A stretch of 64,000 bases of DNA, taken from Eledone cirrhosa. Taxonomy: Eukaryota. This document shows, piece after piece, positions 14,895-27,699 of the stretch. Position numbers and translations under genes: made by a program. The notes under the pieces are model-generated. The model searched no databases, had not been told where the DNA came from, and saw nothing but the letters and a program-made list of their open reading frames with translations. Position 1 is the first letter of the stretch; each line of letters starts with the position of its first letter. The stretch is taken from the NCBI GenBank assembly GCA_964016885.1, contig OZ024746.1, positions 8,618,001 through 8,682,000 of the forward strand, read 5' to 3'.

Positions 14895-15139
14895 TAATGA
14901 CTTGCTCAGAGTGTTTGTAGTATATTCATATTTTCTATTGATCAATTATGCCTCAAATTAGATTAATAATTACAATCCAATCATCTCAAAAATATCTTAT
15001 ACATTATGGGTGGCCAGATAGTTTAATCTAGACACTTTACGTTCGTTATTGAGTTCATTTAGTTAAATTCATTGATATATCATGTAGGTTAGAAATCCTC
15101 CCATTAAATTAATATCCATGTGTTAAATAATCATTCCTA

Positions 15140-15492
15140 ATTGAGGCACAAGGCTAGCAATTTGTGAGGGAGGGGAAACTCCTCAATTATACTCCAATAC
15201 TTTACTGGTTCTTAATGTATCGACCCAAGAAGGATTAAATGTAAAGGTGACCGGGGTTTGAGCACAGAACAAAAGGATGTAACAAAAACCGAAAAGCATA
15301 TTATGTGACGTTCGAGCCATTCTGCCAATCATCCAGGCTTGTCTTCTATGAAGTAATAATTGTTTCTACTTTAGGCACAAGGCCAACAATTACCCAGTGT
15401 ATTACTGGTACTTTATTTTATCGACCCCGTAAGAATGAAAGTCAAAGTCAACCTCGGCGGGATTTGAACTCAGATCGTAAAGGGACGTAACT
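15140..15492 (-). mobile_element. Two SINE copies (older 15140-15330; younger partial 15357-15492)
   Basis: Match the reverse complement of the 14007 SINE. Confidence 0.8.
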
Positions 15493-16016
15493 AATAATGT
15501 ATTATATTTAAATTTAAGATCTAAATGGATTTTGAAAAATATAGTTAGGACTTAAACGTGGAGAGTTAAAGAATTATGGATACAGATCCTGACCTAATGT
15601 TTGTATTCAATAAGTTATGCTAGGGTGTATAAATATTTTCGAGATTATATATGATAGTTTTTATAAAATAAAGTAAAATTAATATTATAAAAACAATCTG
15701 AATGCTGGATGTTGAATGATTTAATAAATATATATTTCCGCTAACCTACTATTCTGAACTGGTCAAATACAGGGGGTTTAAAAAAAATTTGATATCAATG
15801 GTCTGTTCCCTAGGTTGTCATATTAAAATATATATATTGTGAATTAGTGTTGACAAATGTTAAGGAATAAATCTTATGTTGCTCAACATTATGTCTACTT
15901 AGCCTCGATGTATTAGAGTTTCTAGTTTCTGGCATATTTACATCGCAATTGATATCAAATATTTTGAAACACTCGGTATTTAAAAAAATTTACCTTGGTT
16001 GGGTTTGAATGTATGT

Positions 16017-16053
<37 letters not shown>

Positions 16054-16074
16054 TATATAAATATATATATATAT

Positions 16075-16266
16075 AAGTTTATCCCGGGTTCAATCGGGGG
16101 TAACCACAGTAAGTAAGGTACTCAATACAAATCAAAGTATAAATATTTAATGTAGAAAGGCTTTTACAGGACTAGAACTGTTGCGGAGAAATCATCAGGA
16201 AGCCTGGCTTCCTGATGATTCTCCGGAATTAAACAGTTCTAGTCCTGTAGAAGCCTTTCTACATTA
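16075..16266. mobile_element. Family-B element: palindrome of two complete HHR copies (centre 16205) plus reversed tail
   Basis: 16148-16204 is the reverse complement of 16206-16266; + copy GGCUUC CUGAUGA UUC-UCCG-GAA U UAAACAG..CUGUA GAAGCC (GAAA mutated). Confidence 0.75.
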
Positions 16267-16315
16267 TATATATATATAATGTTTTATATATATTATATAT
16301 ATATTATATGTATTA

Positions 16316-16346
<31 letters not shown>

Positions 16347-16559
16347 ATATAATGAGTTTCAGAAAATCCTGTTAAGGGTGAAAGCAGCGATTCTTTGCTT
16401 AAGCTTTAATCTGTTATTCTAATATATATATATATATATAATATATATAATACATATAATATATATATAATATATATAAAAGTGTACATATATATTTATA
16501 GTATATACATGTCTTGTATCAAAAGTTCTTATGAACATTCCCAGGCATGCTGATGTTGT

Positions 16560-16920
16560 TATTGATAATTTCTTTCCTTAGTTTTTTTTTGTGGATAATC
16601 TTTTTCTTTACTCTTCTGCTCTTGCCTTATCTCTGTATTTTACGTATAAATTCCAGGAAGATTCCTCAAATTCGAGCCTAGTTGGTGTACCTCTTTTTAA
16701 ACATTCTTCAAACAACCTCGTATATTTTACCTGATGAGATTGACATATGTACAGAATAGTAAGTAATCAATGTGTATACGTAACCTCTGAGAGTATGTAA
16801 TTATCCTTTCTTTGTCTGGTTTTAAGTAGGTGGATATAAACGTTAGCGTGTGGTGTTTCTTAAGTATGATTATCTATGTATTTCTGTGGTTCTGTTCCGT
16901 CTTCTACGTTATGTTAAATG
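16560..16920 (-). pseudogene. Possible highly decayed PLE RT-thumb fragment
   Basis: Reverse frames give TEIHR.., KERIITYSQRLR, KRGTP, loosely like the PLE TDIYRKPT / YSQALR / RGYP motifs; many stops. Confidence 0.25.
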
Positions 16921-17168
16921 TCACACCAAACTGATCTTGGCATCTTACGCTTTATACACGTAAAGTACACAAATCCCACACCCGCTTTGATAAATGGCCA
17001 AAGATAACAGCAAGAAAGGTAAATCGAAAAGTATGCACTTTGCTGCCAGGTAAAAATAATAATAATAAAAAATGTACTAAATAGTACTTCCGTTTGTAAA
17101 TAGATTTATAACGGGGAATTTGTAAATTTAGAAGTTGTTTTATTTGATTTACCGATTGTTAATATCAT

Positions 17169-17202
<34 letters not shown>

Positions 17203-17240
17203 TCAAAATATTAAAAAATAAACATTCAACGTAATCAAAA

Positions 17241-17310
17241 TATATTTTATTATATATATTTCGGAGGTGCTGTGCTGTTTTTTCAGTACGTCCTCATCAC
17301 ATAAAATATA
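17241..17310 (-). ncRNA. Type I hammerhead (family H-like) with C3G mutation
   Basis: Perfect 10 bp stem I UAUAUUUUAU/AUAAAAUAUA; GUGAUGA; stem II GGACGUACUG..CAGCACCUCC; GAAAUAUAUAUA. Confidence 0.6.
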
Positions 17311-17335
17311 TAAATGAACGTTGTTTAACTTTTGG

Positions 17336-17398
<63 letters not shown>

Positions 17399-17663
17399 TA
17401 GATATACACGGGTGTGTATGATTGTTTATAGAAGATTAAATGAATAAAAAGAATTCCAACTTTGTCTGATTTACTCGTTTTATTTACAATCCTTTAAAAT
17501 TTATAAATGTATTAGAATGAAATAGTATGGTAGAATATTAAATGTTAAGTGTTAATTGAACAAGTACTTTCATGCTTTCGCAATCTTCAGGTTTCATATT
17601 CTGTGGTGACAGTCAAGTTTACAATTTTCAACTGTGAAAATTGCAAACTTGACCGTTTTATTT

Positions 17664-18200
<537 letters not shown>

Positions 18201-18484
18201 ACGTACGTACATACATTCACACACATCTGGTCAAAAAGCGAGTCACCTGGATATTGTTATTTAAAAGATATTTTCTTAATGGAATCAATTCGTAACAAGA
18301 AGCAAATCATACTTTAAAAATGTAAGTTACATCTATGTATAATCGTGTAACACTCGAGGGAGTGGCAGGGGGCAGCCTATTAATATGTGACGTTTCTAGG
18401 GCATATTTTAAACCTGGCAGAGCTCATCACTCTCCAGGATTAACAGTGCGGATTTCTCCCAGAGAAGAATAGAGAGAGTGAGAG

Positions 18485-18920
18485 TACTTGACTGGTACAT
18501 TTTGTATTGACCTCGAAAGGATGTAAGACAAAGTTGACCTCGGTGAGATTTGAACTCAGAGATCAGAGACCGGAAGTGAATACCGCAAAGTGTATAAGCG
18601 ATGTTCTAACGACTCTACCAATTCGCTATGTTTGTATATATCTTTAATTTAAGGATGGCAATCACTATTTGTTTTCCTACTGGGACGAATTTAACGCCTA
18701 AATTATCAAGATGGAGGAATAAAGAGTTTATTGATACATCCAGAGATTCAATTCTAATCATGTATATAGCCATACAACAGCGACTAATAGGCAGAGTCGT
18801 TAGTACATTGTGATATTTGTTCCGGCCCTCTGCTCTCTCAGTTCAAATCTCACTTAAGTCAACTTTGCCTTTCATCCTTTCGAGGTCGATAAAAATATTA
18901 CCTGTATAGTACTGGGGTCA
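18485..18920. mobile_element. Two older SINE copies in opposite orientation (- 18485-18625; + 18790-18920)
   Basis: Contain the B box gagttcaaatc and gcctttcatccttt.gaggtcgataaa. Confidence 0.6.
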
Positions 18921-19052
18921 TTGATCCTCCATATCTCATTCTCACTTCCCCTCTCTCACTTTCTATCCTTCTATGGAATAAAGCTGCTGTGTTCAGACCT
19001 GGAGAGGAATGGGCTCCGTTGGGCTTTAAAATACTCTAGAAACACCGTTTGT

Positions 19053-19308
19053 TTTTGTTATTGTTGTTACAGCTCAAACCTATGCAGGTTTAGCTGGCCT
19101 CCTCCAAGGTATATCTCGTTGGAGGTGTCTTGGGTGATTTAATGATAGGGACCCACTCCTATCATCTCATTTCTACAGCTGAGTAAACTGGAGCAATGTG
19201 AAATAAAGTGTCTTGCTCAAGGAAACAACACATCACCTGGTCTGAGAATTGAACTCACAACCTTTCGATTGCAATCCCAATGCTCTAACCACTAAGCCAC
19301 GTGCCTTC
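19053..19308 (-). mobile_element. Second tRNA-derived SINE family (central gtgttgtttccttgagcaagacacttta; (AAC)n tail)
   Basis: Reverse complement of 20353-20608. Confidence 0.85.
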
Positions 19309-20352
19309 ACACCGTATGCCACTACGACACCCTTACAACTCTATCAGGAGTTACGGGACCATACTATATAGTTATATGTCTTCTATTGTTAGTAGTGGCT
19401 GGTTCCATACGTTTTTATCTCTATTAAAACTAGGAGCGTTTTATCGCTTATTCTGTGATGATTGTTTCAATATCTATTTCCTTTTCTTTCAGCTTACTTT
19501 TAGGAGTCCCGAAGCGTGGATCACATGAGCGTTTTTTTCTTATTGAAAATTGACAAACGTTAGAATCGCATTACCTAAAATAGATTTCTACTGGAGGAGG
19601 ATCTCCTATATTTTGTTTCTTGAGAACCGCAAAAGAGATAATCATTTATTTATTTATTTGTTTATTTATTTGTTTATTTATTCATTTGTTATCTGGAATG
19701 TGATATATGCCACGACATTCACCCCACCCCCACCCCCCAAAAAAATCCCAACAAAAACACAAAAAAGTAGAAAACAACAACAACCGGAAGTCACGATATC
19801 TAGAAACCACAGACACGCGCAAACAAAGCTTGAAAAATAGAGACTCTCTTTGATGAAACAATGCCCGAAACACTACACCATAATGTTTAACATTATCAGT
19901 GCTAAGTCTATTGATTTGTGAGGATTGCTACATCCTAAAATTTGACCTGAGTCCAAACAAAATAAATCTGAAATAATTAGATTAACCACACTACCTGTTT
20001 ATTTTTTTAGTTCTATTACTTAAAAAAAAAAAAATATGAACTCACAGAATACACAACAGATCAAAGTAAATAATTTCGACAGTAAAGAGAGCCGTGGAAT
20101 GGGTAATGAGTGCCAATTCTCTGACATTGCTGAGCGGTTTCAATTCATACCCATAAATATTTCATTTTCTTTTTTATAGTGTGTGTGTGTGTGTGTGTGT
20201 TTGAGTCTGTGTGTACAAAGTCTATATTTACCGTTGCAAATCACTGTGTGGTGTTATGTCCCCTTTATTTCAAATGTCTGAGTGCTTTGTCCAACAGGGT
20301 TTTAATTTAATTTTCGTCGTACTTTGTTTTGTTATAAGGAAAAAGACTTTAT

Positions 20353-20608
20353 GAAGGCGCATGTTTTAGTGGTTATAGCATTGGGATTGCAATCGAAAGG
20401 TTGTGAGTTCAATTTTCGGACCAGGTGATGTGTTGTTTCCTTGAGCAAGACACTTTATTTCACGTTGCTCCAGTTTACTCAGCTGTAGAAATGAGCTGAT
20501 AGGACTGGGGTCCCTATCATTAAATTACCCAAGACACCTCCAACGAGATATACCTTGGAGGAGGCCAACTACACCTGCATAGGTGTGAGCTGTAACAACA
20601 ACAACAAA
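20353..20608 (+). mobile_element. Second tRNA-derived SINE family, full length
   Basis: A-box-like ttagtggt, B box gagttcaatt, central CORE/V-like motif, ends gtaacaacaacaac. Confidence 0.85.
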
Positions 20609-21309
20609 GGACTTATCAACTAACAGTCGTGAAACCATTTACGGAGCTTTTACAGATTCAACTGGACAGTTGAAAACGTTCTTATAATGAGTGTTCTTAC
20701 TGATAACTACTCATGTGCGCCTGCCACATGTGAAATTTTCCTCCTCTGTTAGCCTACATCCAGCTGTATATCATGTACACAGTTTACGATGGGTGTATAT
20801 TCTAGAAATCCTGAAACTAGGTTTGTATCGGCGAGAATAAGCATATGGAACAAATTTATGTTTAAAATAAAATAATTCAGTGTTGTAAGCATGTGGGAAA
20901 TAAATATTTATCAACGTTTCAGGTGCAGGTGCTTTCTTTTTTCAAGATTTAGTAGATAAAAATTAAGAAAGGAAGAAATATTTCTACGTGTGTCATTTCA
21001 CCGAGTCCAAATAGCAATGGTGTGTTTTGAGTAAGTCGTCTCTTGTGGAGGAGAGTATTCATAGAGGTTTAGAAAAATGGCAAAATGATGATACAAGGAT
21101 AAAAGAAAGAACAAAGTAACAAGCTATAGCAGTAGAAACTGCAGCAACAGCAGAAGAAACAACAGCAACAGCAACAGCAGAAGCAACTGCAGATAAATTT
21201 TAGTTGCTGCATGCGAGTTTGCATGTGTGAGGGGATGATTGGGAAGATCCGCATGCTGGGAATGTCGGCTGTATGTGTAGGTGGGGAATGAAAGTAGAAG
21301 GAATTAGAT

Positions 21310-21620
21310 GGAAAGAAATCGATTATTGAATCCAGCAGATGCGAACGTTCTCAAATGGAAAAAAAATCAATCATTGTTCTCGAAATATACGAGTGAGGAT
21401 GTCGGCCGTGGTGCTGGAGAAGTCCAACCATACATAGGTAGATGGCGCTAGAAGTGGCAAATAGACTTGAAATATCAAACTACAGGTGAGAAATATTTCT
21501 TCCTTCAAATGTTCTCTAAAACGATCTACCAATTTGCAGTTAGTCTCGCCTATAAAGAAGGAACCATAGTGTTGACATTTTATGCAATAAATTACCGACA
21601 AAAGTACTCATCCCCTTTCA
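21310..21620 (-). pseudogene. Decayed PLE GIY-YIG endonuclease fragment
   Basis: VIYCIKCQHYGSFFIGETNCKLVDRFREHL and downstream HLRTFASAGFNNRF (compare FRLGTL.P.GLN). Confidence 0.75.
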
Positions 21621-21871
21621 ATTTACCCACGGCCGATAATTTTACCCGCAACTCATATTCATTCCTCATTCTCCACTCTACTAATAAATATTTACCCACA
21701 CTAACTTCCGATATTAATTAAAATCAAAATTCACTGAAAAGCCGAAGCATAACTCCTTTCTTCATTTCGCAATTTCTCATTTCTTTATGTTACCCCCCCC
21801 CCCCCCAAACGCCTTTGTGTGAAACATTGATGTGACAATTCCACGTGACTTGCTGCATTATCTTTGATTCT

Positions 21872-21973
21872 AACGAGGTTGACTTTGCCTTTCATCCTTA
21901 CGGGGTCGATAAAATAAAGTACCAGTAATGCACTGGGTAATTGCTGGCCTTGTGCCTAAAGTAGAAACAATTA
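21872..21973 (+). mobile_element. 5'-truncated SINE (Meta-like family)
   Basis: 3' half of the 14007 SINE. Confidence 0.85.
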
Positions 21974-22007
21974 TTTTGTCACACAGTACCGAGCTCATTT
22001 GTATTGT

Positions 22008-22084
<77 letters not shown>

Positions 22085-22109
22085 AATATATATAGGGTTT
22101 GCCGAACAT

Positions 22110-22148
22110 ACTAGCCGAAACCGCTTGTCTCCGCGGTCGGGATTTTAC
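22110..22148 (+). ncRNA. 3' half of a hammerhead
   Basis: GAAACCGC-UUGUCUCC-GCGGUC GGGAUU between simple repeats; no CUGANGA present. Confidence 0.45.
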
Positions 22149-22165
22149 ATATATCTATCTATCAC

Positions 22166-22212
<47 letters not shown>

Positions 22213-23633
22213 CATATATATACATATATTTATGTGTGCGTGCGTGTGTGTGCGCGCGAGTATGTTTGAATCTCTGTGTGTGTATGTGTGTGTTTATGTA
22301 TGTGTGTATGTATGTGTGTGTATGCGTGTGCGTGTAGTTGAGCCTGCTTATAAACCAGTATGTGTAGAGCTATCCCATTCGTTTCAAAATACGTAACTTT
22401 GAGAGTTAATAAGAGTTTTGTTCGTAAGTTCCTGGCTAAAATAAATACTGCGGCCAATATGGTCAACTAAAACCAGGAATCCTGAAAGGTGAAAATTAAG
22501 AGTAACTACTTTCAGATACCAACTTTAAAATCTGTTGAAATATTCATTAGCAATTTCTCTAGCGATCTAAATAGCTCCCTGTACATGAATAAGGAAATAC
22601 TTAGGCGGTACCTTGATTTTCAATTGACGTCTACACCATATGCTTCCTTCAGGTGTTAATAATCTTGTAACATTTTCAAATATTATAATCTTATCTGAAG
22701 ATCTGTGGGAGTTAAAATGGATAAACATTGACGTTTCATAAGTTAATGGTAGTTCTTTCTTTGTTTTGTAATTTATTGATAAAGGTACAGGTGTAAATCC
22801 CCCACCTTTGTAGGAGTAAATGTGATTCAGAAATTTAATGTAGAATATCATTTAAAGTTTGCTTGTACTACTGTGACCTTCAATTGTTTGAGGAAGAGGA
22901 TAATTGCTTTTGACATAACCACTTAAATGAAATCTTTTAGCAGAAGGAGAAATAAATTCGTTTGTGCCATTCCCTAACCGATGCAAACTATTCCACATCG
23001 GAAAGCTAAACAGGGAATTTGTCTCCATTGATAGGCAACTTTCTTCTTTCTATTCAGTGTTCTTTACGAAGATAATACTTCTGATTCTTTCGATAAAGAC
23101 AAAATGTGACAATATGAAAAGCTGTGACGTCCATGTTTTTATCAAGGACATTAAAATTTTCCGGCTATGTTTGTTTTAAATAATTATTAAAATAAAGAAA
23201 GAATAGATACAATGACAAATGTATAAATCGATAGCAAAGTTTCAGACAACTTTCTACAGATATCACTGTTTACCAGTTTAATATTATTAAAGTAATCGAA
23301 CCAACAAATAAAACCCAGCAACTAAATTACAAGGACCGCAGTGAATGAAGTATGTAAAAAGTGTTGTGTGTATTGCGATAGAGAAAGGCCGAGAGATGTG
23401 GTTGGTGTGAGACGCGGCGTTCAAGATAGATAATAAAAGTAAAGTTTATGTGAATACAGAGAGTACAAAAGGGATTAACACTGACTTCTTCATTCATCTC
23501 ATGTTTTAATTATCTCTCCCTTCCGTTCAGTATAATATCCCATCCTTCAACTGACATTTGTAAATCGTGACAGAACTAACAAAAAGGTTACGTATGAATT
23601 ACTTTTATATATATATATATATAACTCTTTTCC

Positions 23634-23671
<38 letters not shown>

Positions 23672-23781
23672 TGTATATATATATATATATTATATATATA
23701 TAGAGTAATAATAAATGTGAAGACTAAAATCCGTTAAGGGTGAAAGCAACGATTATTTGCTTAAACTTTAATCTCTTCTTA

Positions 23782-23839
<58 letters not shown>

Positions 23840-23842
<3 letters not shown>

Positions 23843-24033
23843 AACGAGTAGGACCCCGACGGCTGAGCTCAAGCCGTTTCGATGGTTAATTCTGAGTCCA
23901 GAATTAGCCGTCGAAACAGCTTGAACTCAGCCGTCGGGGTCCTACTCGTTCCTATTACCCACTCTACTACCCTAAGTATTGAGTACTTTGGTGCGTTATG
24001 GTCCATTTGGTTCCTTACCACATTTTCTTCGTT
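23840..24033 (+). mobile_element. Family-A snap-back PLE-end element
   Basis: Palindrome 23839-23955 plus tail tacccactctactaccctaagtattgagtac...; in (TA)n. Confidence 0.8.
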
Positions 24034-24042
24034 ATATACATA

Positions 24043-24100
<58 letters not shown>

Positions 24101-24267
24101 CTTGTTTTCCTGTTTGAGCTTATATTTGCACCTGTCTGAAAGCCGGCGTCGTTGTTTATGCTGTGTTCTTATATTGTCGCATAACGTGAAGGTTTGACAG
24201 TGTTGAAATGTGGAGCTTAAAGAAGTTTTGGGGGTTGATATGGTATTGCTACATCATGTTTACAATT

Positions 24268-24333
<66 letters not shown>

Positions 24334-24436
24334 CTGATGGTAGCTAAGATGCTTCCATAGGCGGTATGCCGGTTGAGCACTCTATGCTCTTACAGAGCAG
24401 AGTATGATAGAATAGAAAACGAAAAATCAGTGATGC

Positions 24437-24755
<319 letters not shown>

Positions 24756-25626
24756 CATTGTGTCAGCCGGAGGCTATGATAGAAGACATTTTCTCAAGTT
24801 ACAAAGTGGTGCAATCATGCCCAATAACAATATGATTTCCAAAAGAAATGTTTAATCACCCTACTAACATTGTACACATTGTAGACATTTCAAATAACTC
24901 CATACCAATGATTTCTGGCCGCTTAATCACATTGTTCAGCTGATAAAGTGCAATGAACGCCTTGCAACACTCTAGATGCCAGTCTCCCACAACCTTGGTC
25001 TGCACTTGACTCAGGAGTGTAGCTCAGTCAATGAGACAAACTGCGGAAAAAAAAATATGATAACGAAAGGCTTCGCTTTCGTTATCATAGTCGTTTTGGT
25101 ACTTGAAGTAATTCGATATATACGTTAGCCGTAGAGTGTGTCTTCGCATCAATAACGATGCACCACGAGGCTACCATGGAGTGGATGGTAGTAGATGGAT
25201 TTTCTGACTAGCGGTACTTGACCCTTTCACAAAAAGTAGAACTTGCGTTCCGATGTGATCAAGTGCTTTTTGGGGGGCATAATTCTTTCAAATAAAAATA
25301 TTGTCTTAAACGAAGTAAAGAAGTAGAAAGCTGTCAAAATACAAGAATCTTGAAATTGAAACAAGAATAATAGTGATAGCAAAACAAAATAAGTGAGAAA
25401 AAGGAAGGAGATGAAAATATAAAAAAAATACAACATAAATAAAAAAAAACAACCGAATTTAAAGAACGCCCAAAACAAATGTTTCTTATTAAAGCGCAAA
25501 AATGTCCGCAAGTATGAAAAACACCGACGCTACTTTGAACAAAACCAACAGCTCGATTCCAGCCCCGAACGATTCTACCATAGAAATCAATGCTGTATCA
25601 CTCCCAAATGGGTAGAAGAATTCTGA

Positions 25627-25830
25627 ATGGCAGTGGAGACTTCTGGTGTCCTTGGCCCCAGGGATACCTCCCTATTCACCACCATAGGCGCTGAGCTAGC
25701 CAGCCGCAGATGTGACCCTCGCGAGTCTTCTAGCGCATCTCCCTTACCATCCTCCGGGGAAACGCCTTCTCCATCCTGTCCGCAGGGGCTGTGGGGAGGT
25801 CAGCACGTGGGAGCCCTTTTACTCACCATA
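25627..25830 (+). mobile_element. CRE-clade element 3' fragment (same family as 1290-1915)
   Basis: AVETSGVLGPRDTSLFTTIGAELASRRCDPRE, similar at the nucleotide level to 1757-1915. Confidence 0.85.
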
Positions 25831-25859
25831 CGGATTAATAGGCAAAGTCCATATTATTA

Positions 25860-26200
25860 TAAAGCGAATCGTTATCTACAAAGCCTTGACTACAATGATA
25901 TCGCAACCTCTGACCAAAAGACCGGGAGAAAGACAGACTGTTTCCAGAAGAGAAGAAAGGAAGCTGCAAAAGCTCATACAGTTGTAAGAATCTGTTACTG
26001 ATCCACAAAGGGACATAAATGAAGACTGCAGAAAGAATAAGAGGAGTCTTAGTAAGACATAGATGAGTTTTTATAGTATACTCCACGCGTGGGTACTGGA
26101 AACACTAGACGTGTATAGGTTAGCACCAATATTAAATAAAATACATCAAACATATCATTCAGATGATGTAGACAGTTCTACAGATATCGATAAAAGAGGA
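25860..26200 (+). pseudogene. R4/Dong-like non-LTR RT fragment
   Basis: Frames give YKALTTMIS / FPEEKKGSCKSSYSCKNLLLIHK / NEDCRKNKRSLS / SILHAWVLETL, matching the PEEQKGC..GCKDQLLI..DSVPHSW region of R4/Dong RTs. Confidence 0.65.
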
Positions 26201-26849
26201 GGTTATAAAAAATGTGTCAACTAATCCAACTCTCGTAACAACCGAAGATACAAACCCTAGGTTTATATCATTTTTGCGGTATTATGTATATTTAAAATGC
26301 GCAAAATACCGCAGAAATTGAATGTCGAATTGTGTAGAGAATCGTGGCGGGAAGGCAATCGTGTGTATAACAAAATCTTTTATTTGCGCTAAGAACCTTT
26401 GAATAGAGGACAAAACTAGAACATTAAGAATTTAAGAAATTAAGCAAATAATCAAACGAGTAACTATAAATAAATAAAAAAAATAACTAATGTGTACAAT
26501 AAAAATAAGAAAATATATGACTGAAATTATTAGAAAACGGAAAGAACGCCCGAAGACAAACTGGCAGTCGATAGGAATATGAAAAAGAAACGGGGAAGTT
26601 CTGGCAAATTCTTGGGACATCTAAGGAGGCCGCAAGGAAATGAATGGCTCACCACATAACATAATGTCTTGATAGCAGAGATATGAAAACCATTCAAAGG
26701 CAGCTGCTTTTAAGAAAAAACAAAGCTAAAAATAAATTAAATGAAAGATAAAAATAAATAAATAAAGACAACTAGCAATTTAAAATGAAATACACTAAAA
26801 CTAGTAGTTAGCAGTTGCGAAAACCACGACGACGACGACGACGACCACG

Positions 26850-26919
<70 letters not shown>

Positions 26920-26922
<3 letters not shown>

Positions 26923-27080
26923 TTTTCCTTTACTGGTCTCAGTCATTAAAGTGTGGCCATGCTGGGGTATCGGCTTGAAGTAATTTAGTTGTCCATATCG
27001 ATCCCAGTACTAATGTTTCAAGTATGATACTTATTTTATAGATCTGTGTGTTATCGAACCAACAACTTACGAGACATAAA
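26920..27080 (-). mobile_element. Octopus-type SINE/LINE-tail fragment following (ACT)n
   Basis: cagtcattaaagtgtggccatgctgg..tcgatcccagtact resembles an abundant octopus repeat; recognised from memory only. Confidence 0.4.
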
Positions 27081-27128
27081 TATAGTATAGACATAGACAT
27101 GAACAAACACGTGACTTAGATACCTCTG

Positions 27129-27600
27129 TCAGATTTGAATTCCGTACAATTAGGTGAGTTATTCAACCATCAGCGCTTTAAGGCTAAAACATTTACACGA
27201 AAAAATGTTATTCGTGGTTTTCTCTTTGTTGATGATGCACTCGTTGCAACATCGCTGTTGATGATGCACTCGTTGCAACATCGCTGTTGATGATGCACTC
27301 GTTGCAAGATCCCTGTTGATGATGCACTCGTTGCAACATCGCTGTTGATGATGCACTCGTTGCAGCATCGCTGTTGATGATGCACTCGTTGCAACATCGC
27401 TGTTGATGATGCACTCGTTGCAACATCCCTGTTGATGATGCACTCGTTGCAACATCGCTGTTGATGATGCACTCGTTGCAACATCCCTGTTGATGATGCA
27501 CTCGTTGCAACATCCTTTGAAGAGGCACAAAGATTGAGGATCCGCTTCACACTTGCCAGTTAAGAATTTGGTTTAAGAATCAGCATTAACAGCCTCTTAA
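27129..27600 (+). pseudogene. RTE(-BovB)-clade LINE RT fragment with internal minisatellite
   Basis: GELFNHQRFKAKT..VIRGFLFVDD-ALVATSFEEAQRL..F..AS*EFGLRISI matches the RTE LFADD region. Confidence 0.8.
27227..27516. repeat. 29-bp minisatellite (~10 copies)
   Basis: Unit ctgttgatgatgcactcgttgcaacatcg. Confidence 0.97.
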
Positions 27601-27699
27601 CATCCTGTCTTCATCACTAAATACGGCTGGATGTGAATATCAGCATCTGGGCTGGAGTGTCATTTAAGGCATAATCATAAACAAATGATCTCAGAAGAC

